Source: a virus. Taken from it: a stretch of DNA of 64,000 nucleotides. The notes beneath the pieces were generated by a model that worked only from the letters and a program-made list of their open reading frames with translations, searched no databases and was not told where the DNA came from. The translations under genes and the position numbers were made by a program. The stretch is from positions 1-64,000 of IMG/VR virus record IMGVR_UViG_3300042396_000450; one strand, given 5' to 3'. This document shows, piece after piece, positions 1 through 9,633 of the stretch (position 1 is the stretch's first letter; each line of letters starts with the position of its first letter).

Positions 1-570
1 GGTGATATAGCTGAGTTCAAGAAGAATAGTAAAGACAACACTCGACGTAACTTAATGATAGCTGGAGGATTATTAGGAGCAGGAGTATTAGGAACAGTTG
101 CAGTTAAAAGTTATTTACGCAATGGTAAATTAGTTAGACAAAGTACACGTAAAGTTAACAAAGTAAATAATGTCATTGATCCAATGAAGTTAACTACACC
201 TAAAGAAATAATAGATAATCATCAATCAGTTATGAGATTAGTTATTCCACATAAATTAGCTAAAAACTTTAAAGAAGGTCAAGTATTAGATCCTGATCAA
301 TTAGACGAACTTGTATCAAATAGTCCTTATTTTAAAATAGATAACAAAAATACACCAACACCATCTAATTTAAAACTTGATAATAATATTAAATTAGATG
401 ATGATAGTATGTCAGACACTTACATTGAAATAGCACATACAGCTAAATCAAATAATACAGCTATTAGATATTACATTAAAGAAGATATGAATAAAAATAA
501 TAAAGGTGTAATCTTAGTAAATAAACATTTAAAAACTCTAGACGGAATGCAAGATTTCAATAGAATCTAA
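1..570 (+). CDS. basic glycine-zipper family protein (putative internal virion protein), 5'-truncated by window
   Basis: Frame open from base 1: GDIAEF-KKNSKDNTRRNL-MIAGGLLGAGVLGTVA-VKSYLRNGKLVRQ. N-terminal region closely matches 24201..25061. Confidence 0.6.
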   Translation, partial: GDIAEFKKNSKDNTRRNLMIAGGLLGAGVLGTVAVKSYLRNGKLVRQSTRKVNKVNNVIDPMKLTTPKEIIDNHQSVMRLVIPHKLAKNFKEGQVLDPDQLDELVSNSPYFKIDNKNTPTPSNLKLDNNIKLDDDSMSDTYIEIAHTAKSNNTAIRYYIKEDMNKNNKGVILVNKHLKTLDGMQDFNRI

Positions 571-682
571 AACAAAAGCAAAACTATCACGTAAGAAAAA
601 AGGTAGGACAACGAAGCAATCTAATCAAGGCGCGACCTAACCTAAGTATAAATTTATACTAAGTACAAGACGCGCACTAAAT

Positions 683-712
683 AAGCTACCTAACATGAAC
701 TAGGTAGCTTTG
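683..712 (+). terminator. intrinsic terminator-like hairpin
   Basis: aagctaccta-N8-taggtagctt followed by only a short T run. Perfect 16-bp palindrome agtataaatttatact at 645-660 nearby. Confidence 0.45.
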
Positions 713-819
713 ATCTATTTACCTAAACTTACGTTCTGTATAATCATATGGTTTCCACTTTAATATCCATTATCTGTTATGGTGGATTAGTCCACGTTAT
801 TAACTTAAACTATACTAAC

Positions 820-2469
820 ATGACTTCCCGCGAACAATTAGAAAAAGAACTAGCTAACATAGAGAACAAGTTATATGAACTAGCGATACTAGATAATAAG
901 GATGAACAGTATGAATTAGAATCACTACTAGAAGAACAAAGTTACGTTCAAGCATATCAATCTAGTTACAGTTTCCTAGCTCATAGTTGGCAGACATTCA
1001 ATGGCGAAGTATTCCTACCAGCTAAACATCTACACGCAATAGCCGAACATCTAGATGCAACATTAACTGGTGAAATAAAACGACTTATAATTAACGTACC
1101 ACCTAGAACTGCTAAGTCAGCATTAGTAACTAAAGCATTTCCAGCCTATTGTTGGATAAGGCAGCCTCATCTTAAATTCGCCAACGTTAGTTATGGTTAT
1201 GGATTAGCAGAAGAAGGTAGTGTACATAGTCGTCAGATAATGCAATCTGATTGGTATAAGCGAGGTATGGCTACAGTATGGCGCGATATGGGTGCTACAC
1301 CATGGGAGTTCAGACGCGATAAGAATATGAAGAATGACTATGAGAATAATGCTAATGGTCGTAGATTCGCCACATCATGTCCTGAAGGTATCTTCACTGG
1401 TATTGGTGCAGACACAATTATAATTGACGACCCTGTTAAAGCTAACGCTGCATATAGTAAGAATACACTTGATAAAGTTAATCAATGGGTCAGCAATACT
1501 CTGATGTCGCGTTTAAACAACCAATCAGAAGGTGTTATCATCTTGGTTCAACAAAGGGTTAGTGAAATGGATATGACTGGTTTTTTCTTACAACAAGAAG
1601 GAGTTTGGGAACATCTATGTCTCCCAATGGAATATGAAGACACTCAGAGATACTGGACTCGCATTGGTTGGACTGATTGGCGCACTAATCAGAATGAATT
1701 ACTTGAACCAATTCGATTTCCGCGAGATGTGGTTGAGAGGCTCAAGAAGGACGAGGAATGGAGCTATGCTAGTCAATATCAACAACAACCAGTTCCGCTC
1801 GGTGGTGGACTTATTAGGCGTGAATGGTGGCAGAATTGGTACATACTTCCAACTCAGTTTGATGCAACTTGCATGGCATTCGATTTATCTATGAACGATA
1901 AGGAAACTAGCGATAATACGTCACTTATAGTTATGGGACGTAAGGATAACAAGTTCTACATTATTGACTTAGTGTATGGCAAAATGGATATACTTAAACA
2001 AGTAGAATCCATAATTGAGTTGTGTAATAAGTATCCGATGATAAGAACTAGGTTAATTGAACAACGTGCAAATGGAGATGCTGTAATTGCATTACTTAAA
2101 CGCACGATAACTGGACTTATACCACTCATAACTAAAGGTGATAAAGAACAACGTATCCTTAGTTGTGTGCCAGAAATTAATGCAGGTAACGTATTAGTTC
2201 CAGATGAGAATGTACATAGTTGGATTAAACCACTATTACTAGAAGCTACTATGTTTCCACGTGGTAAGAATGATGATGCTATTGATAGTATGCAGATGGC
2301 ACTTAATCATCTAGTTACGTCAAACATCGTTACTTATATGCCACTTCAAGTTATTACAGATAGTCCAGGTAATACAACTCGTGCTGAAATAAGAGAACAT
2401 ATAATGGATAGTAGTTATGGTGTTACAGTTAATGTGACTCGTAACTATATTAAAGGTTTATTTGAATAA
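820..2469 (+). CDS. terL: terminase large subunit
   Basis: Walker A-like INVPPRTAKS, Walker B IIIDDP, RNase H-type nuclease acidic motifs AFDLS and KNDDAIDS. Likely start MTSREQ at 820 (track start 748). Confidence 0.93.
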   Translation: MTSREQLEKELANIENKLYELAILDNKDEQYELESLLEEQSYVQAYQSSYSFLAHSWQTFNGEVFLPAKHLHAIAEHLDATLTGEIKRLIINVPPRTAKSALVTKAFPAYCWIRQPHLKFANVSYGYGLAEEGSVHSRQIMQSDWYKRGMATVWRDMGATPWEFRRDKNMKNDYENNANGRRFATSCPEGIFTGIGADTIIIDDPVKANAAYSKNTLDKVNQWVSNTLMSRLNNQSEGVIILVQQRVSEMDMTGFFLQQEGVWEHLCLPMEYEDTQRYWTRIGWTDWRTNQNELLEPIRFPRDVVERLKKDEEWSYASQYQQQPVPLGGGLIRREWWQNWYILPTQFDATCMAFDLSMNDKETSDNTSLIVMGRKDNKFYIIDLVYGKMDILKQVESIIELCNKYPMIRTRLIEQRANGDAVIALLKRTITGLIPLITKGDKEQRILSCVPEINAGNVLVPDENVHSWIKPLLLEATMFPRGKNDDAIDSMQMALNHLVTSNIVTYMPLQVITDSPGNTTRAEIREHIMDSSYGVTVNVTRNYIKGLFE

Positions 2470-2740
2470 CACTATGACTATTAATCAGATATTAAAGAAA
2501 GCATATACAGATCAATCTCATATAACTCTGTTTATAGACAACATCGAATATCAGTTTGATAATGCAATAGTAACTAGATTAACTAGAACTGAGATAACAT
2601 TCATGAGTCCGGCGTATCATCCTGATGGAACTTGTCTAATTGAATATACATTTGATAGAACATTAGTTATTGGAGTTGGTCGTATCGTAGCTAGATTAAA
2701 TGTAGATAGTAAGTTACCACCAGATGCGTTCATGTTATAA
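2462..2740 (+). CDS. hypothetical protein
   Basis: ORF coupled to terL, followed by a terminator. Confidence 0.6.
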   Translation: MNNTMTINQILKKAYTDQSHITLFIDNIEYQFDNAIVTRLTRTEITFMSPAYHPDGTCLIEYTFDRTLVIGVGRIVARLNVDSKLPPDAFML

Positions 2741-2755
2741 TAACGTTAGTGACCA

Positions 2756-2795
2756 AAAAAATAAGCACCCTCTTAATTGAAGGTGCTTTTTCTTT
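2756..2795. terminator. bidirectional intrinsic terminator
   Basis: A-run, aagcacc...ggtgctt stem, T-run, between convergent genes. Confidence 0.7.
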
Positions 2796-2824
2796 ATGTT
2801 GCAGTAGTTAAATAACTTCGTCTA

Positions 2825-3127
2825 TTAACCCTGTTTATCGTAACGTGCTTTACTCTTGTATTCTTTAGCTGGTCTGAAGCTAACCTTCTTATGAGCTTCA
2901 ACTAACTTAGGTTCTTTAGTAAAGATAGTGCTAACTGTACGTTCCTTAACTTCAGTTGTGCTAAATGTACCAAATCCCTTAATGCTAACTGACTCAGTTA
3001 ATGATGCTGCTTTAATTGCTTCAATCATAGCCATGAAAGCTACTTGTAACTTGTACTTAGGAATAGTGTCAGTGAACTTATCGTAAACTGCTCTAGAACC
3101 AACTTCTACTAAATGTTCAACGTTCAT
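2825..3127 (-). CDS. HU/IHF-family DNA-binding protein
   Basis: VSIKGFGTF and KKVSFRPAKEYK match the HU fold. Confidence 0.85.
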   Translation of the reverse strand: MNVEHLVEVGSRAVYDKFTDTIPKYKLQVAFMAMIEAIKAASLTESVSIKGFGTFSTTEVKERTVSTIFTKEPKLVEAHKKVSFRPAKEYKSKARYDKQG

Positions 3128-3193
3128 TGTAGTTATGTGTATGTAATTAACTAATAACTAAGATAACATAGATCTATGAGAAATGACAACTAC

Positions 3194-3222
3194 TTGCATT
3201 AATTAAGTTAAGTTAGTATGAT
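3194..3222 (+). promoter_or_regulatory. sigma70-type promoter
   Basis: TTGCAT-17 nt-TATGAT upstream of the RHH/KilA-N operon. Confidence 0.55.
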
Positions 3223-3256
3223 ATAGTGGATGAGTAAGTTAATTAAGTAGTGTATT

Positions 3257-3391
3257 ATGACTAAAACATTAGCAACTAAGATGGTTAACTTTAAAGTAAC
3301 TGAGGAACAATATCAACAGTTAGTTAAGTTGGCTGAACTAGAGAAGAGATCAATTAGTAACTACATTAAACTAAAACTTGAATTATTGTAG
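3257..3391 (+). CDS. ribbon-helix-helix (CopG/Arc-like) regulator, 44 aa, not in ORF track
   Basis: MTKTLATKMVNFKVTEEQYQQLVKLAELEKRSISNYIKLKLELL: beta-strand then two helices with the RS(I/V)SNYI signature. Confidence 0.75.
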   Translation: MTKTLATKMVNFKVTEEQYQQLVKLAELEKRSISNYIKLKLELL

Positions 3392-3428
3392 TATGATGTA
3401 GAGGTAAGAAAAAATAAGGATAAGTAAT

Positions 3429-3983
3429 ATGAGCGATGTCTATTTAGATGAATATATTTACGCTACAGCACTTGCTAAAGAGCATGGTAAAGAGGTTAAA
3501 CATTGGTTAGAAAACGCAGGAACTAAAAAAGCTATTAAAGCAGTCGAGTCTGAAATTTTAAAACAATGTGTAATTAAACGTCAAGGTGGTAACTTTACTA
3601 AACAAGGAACATGGATTCATAACAAATTATTACCGTACTTTCAACAATGGTTAAATGTACATAGTATTAGATATGAGTTTAAAAGAGACGAAACTGAATT
3701 TAAATTATTATTAGAATCTACATTTAAAGACCTATTAGTGTTTGAATATCAAAAGAAAGTAGATAATTATTATTTAGATTTTTATAATGAAAAATATAAT
3801 CTAGTTATTGAATACGACGAAACACATCATAACAACGTAGATATTAAAGATAACGATATTAAACGTGAACAGTATTTAATTGCTAAATTGAACTGTACTA
3901 TTATTAGAGTTAAACAAGGTGAAGAATTTCAAGGTATTAATCAAATTATTAAATTTATGATGGAGAACAAAATTAATGAGTAA
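3429..3983 (+). CDS. KilA-N domain plus DUF559/Vsr-like endonuclease domain
   Basis: ATALAK...QGTWIH (KilA-N); YYLDFY...LVIEYDETHH...DIKRE...IIRV. Confidence 0.75.
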   Translation: MSDVYLDEYIYATALAKEHGKEVKHWLENAGTKKAIKAVESEILKQCVIKRQGGNFTKQGTWIHNKLLPYFQQWLNVHSIRYEFKRDETEFKLLLESTFKDLLVFEYQKKVDNYYLDFYNEKYNLVIEYDETHHNNVDIKDNDIKREQYLIAKLNCTIIRVKQGEEFQGINQIIKFMMENKINE

Positions 3984-4884
3984 TATAGTTAAAGCCTTTG
4001 ATTTTAATAACGAATCAATTTATCGCCGCACTTCAGATAACTATTGGAATGCAACTGCAATGTGCAAAGCAGGTGGTAAAAGAATAGATCACTTTTTCGA
4101 GAACAAATGGTCAAAGTCTTATATAGAACAGGTTTCCACGATCACCGGAATTAAGGGTAACGAACTTGTTCAAACAATTAAAGGTGGTAATCCTTATGAA
4201 CAAGGAACTTGGGTACATGAAATAGTTGCAATACGAATAGCCCAATGGTTATCACCTGAATTTGCTGCTAAAGTTGACTTAACTCTATATCAACTAAAAC
4301 AGCAGTATCAACAGTCACATCAATTACTACTAGAACAAGAGTCCGCCAATGTACGCGGGATTCCAATTGCGCCACGTAATGAAGTTGATTTAGCATTCCG
4401 CATTAAGAACTGGATTGATTTATGTACTGATGGTGGTAGATTCTACATTGAACATCCACTAATCAATACTATTAATGCAACAACTAAAACTAGAAGAGTT
4501 GACTTCGTTAAATCTAATGGACGTAATGTTATAGTATATGAGTTAAAGTTAAATAAGATAACTACAAATGACATAGCTAAAACTATAGGAGATAAAGGTT
4601 ATTATCAACTATGTGCTGATAAGTTCAATCGTCCCATTAAGTTTATATTCCTATCACCGTTAGGAATAACTAATGAAGCACAGTTACTACTAGATAGGAT
4701 GAATGATGTGAGTTTCCTAACTACACAACAACTATGTCAGGAGTATTATGTTAAAGGTAAGAAAAATAAGTGGCGCAGTTCTGAATGGTATTTAGATGTG
4801 CAAGTTAAAGATGATAAGTTCTCACATCTATTCACAGATGAGTTTATTAATGATGTTACAGTTAAGTTAACTAAGGTAAAGTAG
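3976..4884 (+). CDS. KilA-N domain protein with C-terminal PD-(D/E)xK-like domain
   Basis: NATAMCKAGGK...QGTWVHEIVAIRIAQWLSPEF; RRVDF...VYELK. Confidence 0.8.
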   Translation: MSNIVKAFDFNNESIYRRTSDNYWNATAMCKAGGKRIDHFFENKWSKSYIEQVSTITGIKGNELVQTIKGGNPYEQGTWVHEIVAIRIAQWLSPEFAAKVDLTLYQLKQQYQQSHQLLLEQESANVRGIPIAPRNEVDLAFRIKNWIDLCTDGGRFYIEHPLINTINATTKTRRVDFVKSNGRNVIVYELKLNKITTNDIAKTIGDKGYYQLCADKFNRPIKFIFLSPLGITNEAQLLLDRMNDVSFLTTQQLCQEYYVKGKKNKWRSSEWYLDVQVKDDKFSHLFTDEFINDVTVKLTKVK

Positions 4885-4888
4885 AGTT

Positions 4889-5158
4889 ATGAAACACACA
4901 GTATTAATAAGTTGTTTAAGTGGTGTTATTTATGAACAACTTAAACCAGATACATCTAACTACATTACTTATAACTACGATAACGAATCTAAGTTATGGA
5001 CAATTAAATTAACTTGGTATGTAGGTAATAAGTTAATGGGTTATAGATTAGCTATAACTGACTTTGATTTAGATACGATATATCAGAACTTAATTATTGA
5101 GAAGTATACAACTGAAGTTATCGCCGCATATAATAAGTCATTCGCTACGCCAACATGA
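4889..5158 (+). CDS. hypothetical protein
   Basis: ORF in operon context. Confidence 0.55.
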   Translation: MKHTVLISCLSGVIYEQLKPDTSNYITYNYDNESKLWTIKLTWYVGNKLMGYRLAITDFDLDTIYQNLIIEKYTTEVIAAYNKSFATPT

Positions 5159-5382
5159 ATAACATTGAATTTATTAACTACGTTAACACTAACTTTGTAG
5201 ACACATATAAAGCTCATCTACAACAGTATGTTCCTTATCCTCATATAATGTTTAAAAGTATTGAACATAACGTGTTTACTAACATCCCAGTATATCCAGA
5301 TCAAGTTATATCTGAGCAAGCTAAAGATGAGATATTAAACTCTGTTAATAATTACTTCAGTAACTTAATTACAACTAACTAA
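5155..5382 (+). CDS. hypothetical protein
   Basis: ATGA overlap with previous ORF. Confidence 0.55.
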   Translation: MNNIEFINYVNTNFVDTYKAHLQQYVPYPHIMFKSIEHNVFTNIPVYPDQVISEQAKDEILNSVNNYFSNLITTN

Positions 5383-5448
5383 GGATAACTAAATTAAGTT
5401 AAACTACATATAACACTAGAAGTCGCCACTAATCGCGGCTTATTTATT

Positions 5449-8400
5449 ATGAACATCAACAAGTACATTAAAGAACAAGATGAGTTAGTTACTGCATTTA
5501 CAGATGGATTAACTAATAGTATAGGTAACTCATTATCGCGTAAACAAGATAACTTAAGTCTCATTATCAGTAATCAATTAAATAAGTTATGGAATGATAG
5601 TTGGAATCTCGGACGTACTCATGCAATAGATGAAACGCCGCCATCCCTTTTTTCTTACTCTGATAGCATTGCGGAATTTGCATCACCACTTGAGAAATTA
5701 AGAAATGAGATTGATGAAATTACTAAGGAAAAGGAAGGTTATCAATCTGAGTTAGATAGAATACGTCGTGATTATCAAGATAAAGAAGGTAATTATAGTG
5801 GTACTAAGATATTAAGATCAATTGATAAAGAAGGTACTTATAATGATGTAGATAAAGTTAGAGCTATTCAAGTTATACGTAATCGTGAAGATGAGTTAAA
5901 TGCACTTATCGCAGCTAAGGATAACTTAATTAAAGATAAACAAGATAAGTTTTTTGAATTAACTGATCCTGCTAACATAGCTAAGTTAAATGAGTTATCT
6001 AAAGATACTAAAGATGTTACACCTGAAGTATTACCTCGTGTTAATAAAGCTGAAGTTAATCAACAATTAAGTAAAGCAGTTAGAGATAGAGATGCTTGGC
6101 GTAAATCATTTGTAGATGAGAATGGTAATTTAAACTTAGCTAAGTATAGAAGAGTTAAAGGTTATGACACTTCTGATAGTGATGCTGATGTATTAAAACA
6201 AATGAAGAGAGAAGAACTTGATTTAATTAATGAAGTTAAACGACATAATCAAACACTTAATGATATTAATGATAGACCTAAATCAACTAAAGGTATATCA
6301 ACTAGAGAACAACGTTTAATTGAACGTACCTTAAAGAAGCAACAGAAGTTACAAACAACTAAGTTAGATGCTAGTAAGATACCTGCTAATATTAGAGATT
6401 CAGTTCAAGCAATTGAACAACGTCGTCAAATTGAATCTACTAGAGGCGATGTACCATTACTTGAACAAACTGAGTTTGGTAAATCGTATTTAAATAGACG
6501 TATTAATACTATAGGTAATGATCTGAACAAACGATATAAAGCGACATTACAACAGATACTTGTTGGTGAAAAAGAAACTAAAACTACTGGTTATTTAGCA
6601 GATAATAGCCCTGATAAAGACGTTACTTATTATAAACGTATTAGTGCAATGTTAACTAGAGAAGATGCTAAACAAATGGAGCAATACAATAAACAACTTG
6701 AGTTAATTAAAACTCGATTAGATGATATCCCAACTAAATTAACTGCAACTAAAGATATGAATGTTTATGAGAGTGTAGCATTCCTTAAACAGAAGTATGA
6801 TCCTGATGTTAAGTTAACTATCCCTGATAAGAAACTACTTAATGAGTTACCAGATAAAGCAGTTTATAAGATGCAGGATTTAAGAGCTTATCGTGACAAG
6901 TTACTTGAGAAAGTAAGAAAACTAAAGAATAATCAGGCTCGTACTAAACGTATTGCAATAACTGAAATGGGACACGCTTATAATCTTGGACGGCTTGATT
7001 ACTACATTAAACAAGATATTAAGTTTGTTAAGTGGAACAATAGTATTGAACATAAACGTGCTATGATTCCCGGCGATTATAATACTAGATATCGTAAAAT
7101 ATACAATAAATTATCTGAGTTAATTAATAGATCACCACAACTTGAGTCATTTAAGATGGATGGTATTGTATGTCCAATATGTCAGGAACGCGCTATCTAT
7201 GATTATGGTTATGGTAAAGGAATAATTAAGATAGATGACTTGTTAAGTAATAGTCAAAGTCAACCACTACTTCACGCAAATTGCTCGTGTTTTCTTACCA
7301 GTGTAGAGGAATCTGAAACTAAAGAACCTTTTAATGTACCAATCTATATATCATCATTACTTAATAACAATGTTGTTAAATGGGCTGCTGCTGGCATATT
7401 AGGAACTGCTGCTATGTATGCGGCATTTAAGAAGAGTAATGTAACTCCACTTAACATACCTGATATTATTAGAAGTAAACCAGCCGTAGTTACAACTAAA
7501 GCATTAAGTCAAGCATTACTAGATGATATTATTGATGTTCCATTAGTTCCATTACAAATACCTGAACGTGTACCAACTACAATTAACATTGATAGAGCAA
7601 ATAAAGTATTAGAAGATGTAGTTAATTGGCGCACTAATACTATTGATGAGTCTATTACTAAAGCTATTGAAATAGATAATAGATATGAATTAGTTAATCC
7701 ATTTATGACAGCAACTACTGAATCTTCAGTAGATGACATTACAACTAGAGTTAAACAATATAACTCTATAACTAAAGCTACTTTAACTAAAGATGATCTT
7801 AATCAATTTAAAGAAGATGTAGATAAAATTCAACATTACATTAATGAAATAGAAGATGCTAATACTAAGATTTATTCATCTATTCAATCAATGAAGTTAG
7901 CTAGAAAAGCAATTATAGATGAAGGGTTGAATAAGCTAAGTGATGAATTAATTCCACCTGGATTTACTCCAGAACAAGTTATTATTAGTAATCCTATTAT
8001 CCAACGATTAGATAATCAGATAATACAATCTGAGAATACATTAAGGAATGCAATTTCATTAAAGTTAGGTGAAACTAGTCATTATTCAACACTAAAAAGA
8101 ATCAGAAATGATTTATTAGATAATGAGTTATTTAAGTTGGAGTACACTAAACGTAAACGTGGTGTTCTATTAAGATTACAAGATAAATTAATTGGTAAAT
8201 TTGATAAAGTTAAAAAAGTTTTTGTTGGTGGACAAGTTAATCCTAGAGTATTAGAACGTGATTTAGAAGAGTTACAGAATACTATACTTTCTAATTACAT
8301 GAATGTAAGTAATGAACAATTTGAATCATATGTTAGACAATTAGATAATATTGAGTTAGCAATAGATGGACAACTTGAGTTAATTAAGAATAAGTTAGGT

Positions 8401-8544
8401 TTGACTAGTTTAGATGCACGTAATTACACAGGTAATGATATGGCAGTATTAACTAGCGAGTTTATTAGTGATTATAAGAATGGTTTAATGCGAAGTAAAC
8501 TTAGAGCTATGGGATTAAGAAATCTATTAATAGATGTAAAATAG
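5449..8544 (+). CDS. MuF/SPP1 gp7-like minor head protein with large insertions and C-terminal extension
   Basis: RTKRIAITEMGHAYNLGRL, CPICQER and PLLHANCSC are MuF-type motifs. A hydrophobic helix WAAAGILGTAAMYAAF follows, then coiled coil. Confidence 0.75.
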   Translation: MNINKYIKEQDELVTAFTDGLTNSIGNSLSRKQDNLSLIISNQLNKLWNDSWNLGRTHAIDETPPSLFSYSDSIAEFASPLEKLRNEIDEITKEKEGYQSELDRIRRDYQDKEGNYSGTKILRSIDKEGTYNDVDKVRAIQVIRNREDELNALIAAKDNLIKDKQDKFFELTDPANIAKLNELSKDTKDVTPEVLPRVNKAEVNQQLSKAVRDRDAWRKSFVDENGNLNLAKYRRVKGYDTSDSDADVLKQMKREELDLINEVKRHNQTLNDINDRPKSTKGISTREQRLIERTLKKQQKLQTTKLDASKIPANIRDSVQAIEQRRQIESTRGDVPLLEQTEFGKSYLNRRINTIGNDLNKRYKATLQQILVGEKETKTTGYLADNSPDKDVTYYKRISAMLTREDAKQMEQYNKQLELIKTRLDDIPTKLTATKDMNVYESVAFLKQKYDPDVKLTIPDKKLLNELPDKAVYKMQDLRAYRDKLLEKVRKLKNNQARTKRIAITEMGHAYNLGRLDYYIKQDIKFVKWNNSIEHKRAMIPGDYNTRYRKIYNKLSELINRSPQLESFKMDGIVCPICQERAIYDYGYGKGIIKIDDLLSNSQSQPLLHANCSCFLTSVEESETKEPFNVPIYISSLLNNNVVKWAAAGILGTAAMYAAFKKSNVTPLNIPDIIRSKPAVVTTKALSQALLDDIIDVPLVPLQIPERVPTTINIDRANKVLEDVVNWRTNTIDESITKAIEIDNRYELVNPFMTATTESSVDDITTRVKQYNSITKATLTKDDLNQFKEDVDKIQHYINEIEDANTKIYSSIQSMKLARKAIIDEGLNKLSDELIPPGFTPEQVIISNPIIQRLDNQIIQSENTLRNAISLKLGETSHYSTLKRIRNDLLDNELFKLEYTKRKRGVLLRLQDKLIGKFDKVKKVFVGGQVNPRVLERDLEELQNTILSNYMNVSNEQFESYVRQLDNIELAIDGQLELIKNKLGLTSLDARNYTGNDMAVLTSEFISDYKNGLMRSKLRAMGLRNLLIDVK

Positions 8545-8657
8545 ATATGATACCTTAATCAATAAACTTATGTACTTAATGGTAGATTTTGCGCGAACTA
8601 AGAATGCTAAAGATAAGAAACAACGTAGACGTAAACTTAATAAAGGTAAGAAATAAT

Positions 8658-9626
8658 ATGTTTTTAATGTCAGATACAGTTAACTTCAAACGTACCAAAG
8701 TTAAATCATTTATTAGGAAAGGTAAAGTAGTCAGAAGTTACGATAGATCAATAGGAGATAGATTACGTGATATTACTATTGGTGCAACTGGAACTGCATT
8801 ATTAGGTGGTGCATATCTATTAGGTAAACGTAATGGTGCAAGATCATTAGATGAAGTTAAGTCATTAATTAAGAACATTAAACCTGAAGTTCCAGTTAAT
8901 GTACCAACTCCAATCGTTAATGTAACTAATACTCCAAGTGTAGTTAGAGAAGTTATCAATAACACAGTTAAAGAAGTATCTACTAAGTCAAGTAAAGTTA
9001 AAGAGGTTGTAGATAATGCAGTTAAAGATAACGTTATTAAAGTAGACATAACTAGAATACCATTACCTAAAAGAGTAGATAACTTAACTGAGTTTGCTAT
9101 TAATAAAACTACTAGAGATGCTGCTAAAATGACTGATGCTAAATTAGAACAAAGTATTGGTTTAGTTAATAAACGACTTAAAAAGTATGCAGAAAGTAAT
9201 AAACAATTGGTATATTTAGAACGTTTACAAACTAGTTTAAATCAATTAAAAACAGGTAAACATAACTATACAGATTCTTATTTACGTAAAGAGATAATTC
9301 TATATCGAGATAGTTTAGGTCTAACTAAAATAGAACCAGATAAATTAGTTATTGAATCTATCGTAGATAAAGAGTATGTAACTCGATTAAAGAAAATTAA
9401 TAATAGAGATACTATGATTAAACAGATTTATCAAAATGAATTAACTAAACGTCGCAAATCTCCAGAAGTTATTGAAAGAGAATATGACATTGAAAGAACT
9501 GAAAGATTATTACAAGATTTTAGTAGTTCACGCAAACTAACATTATTTAATGACACTAAATCGCGCCATTCCTTTTTTCTTACTGATACAGATGTTCCTA
9601 AATTAAGTAAACTATTAAATAGATAA
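8658..9626 (+). CDS. basic glycine-zipper family protein
   Basis: MFLMSDTVNF leader, VKSFIRKGKVVRSYDR, Gly-rich helix. Start moved to ATG 8658. Confidence 0.65.
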   Translation: MFLMSDTVNFKRTKVKSFIRKGKVVRSYDRSIGDRLRDITIGATGTALLGGAYLLGKRNGARSLDEVKSLIKNIKPEVPVNVPTPIVNVTNTPSVVREVINNTVKEVSTKSSKVKEVVDNAVKDNVIKVDITRIPLPKRVDNLTEFAINKTTRDAAKMTDAKLEQSIGLVNKRLKKYAESNKQLVYLERLQTSLNQLKTGKHNYTDSYLRKEIILYRDSLGLTKIEPDKLVIESIVDKEYVTRLKKINNRDTMIKQIYQNELTKRRKSPEVIEREYDIERTERLLQDFSSSRKLTLFNDTKSRHSFFLTDTDVPKLSKLLNR

Positions 9627-9633
9627 TACAACT

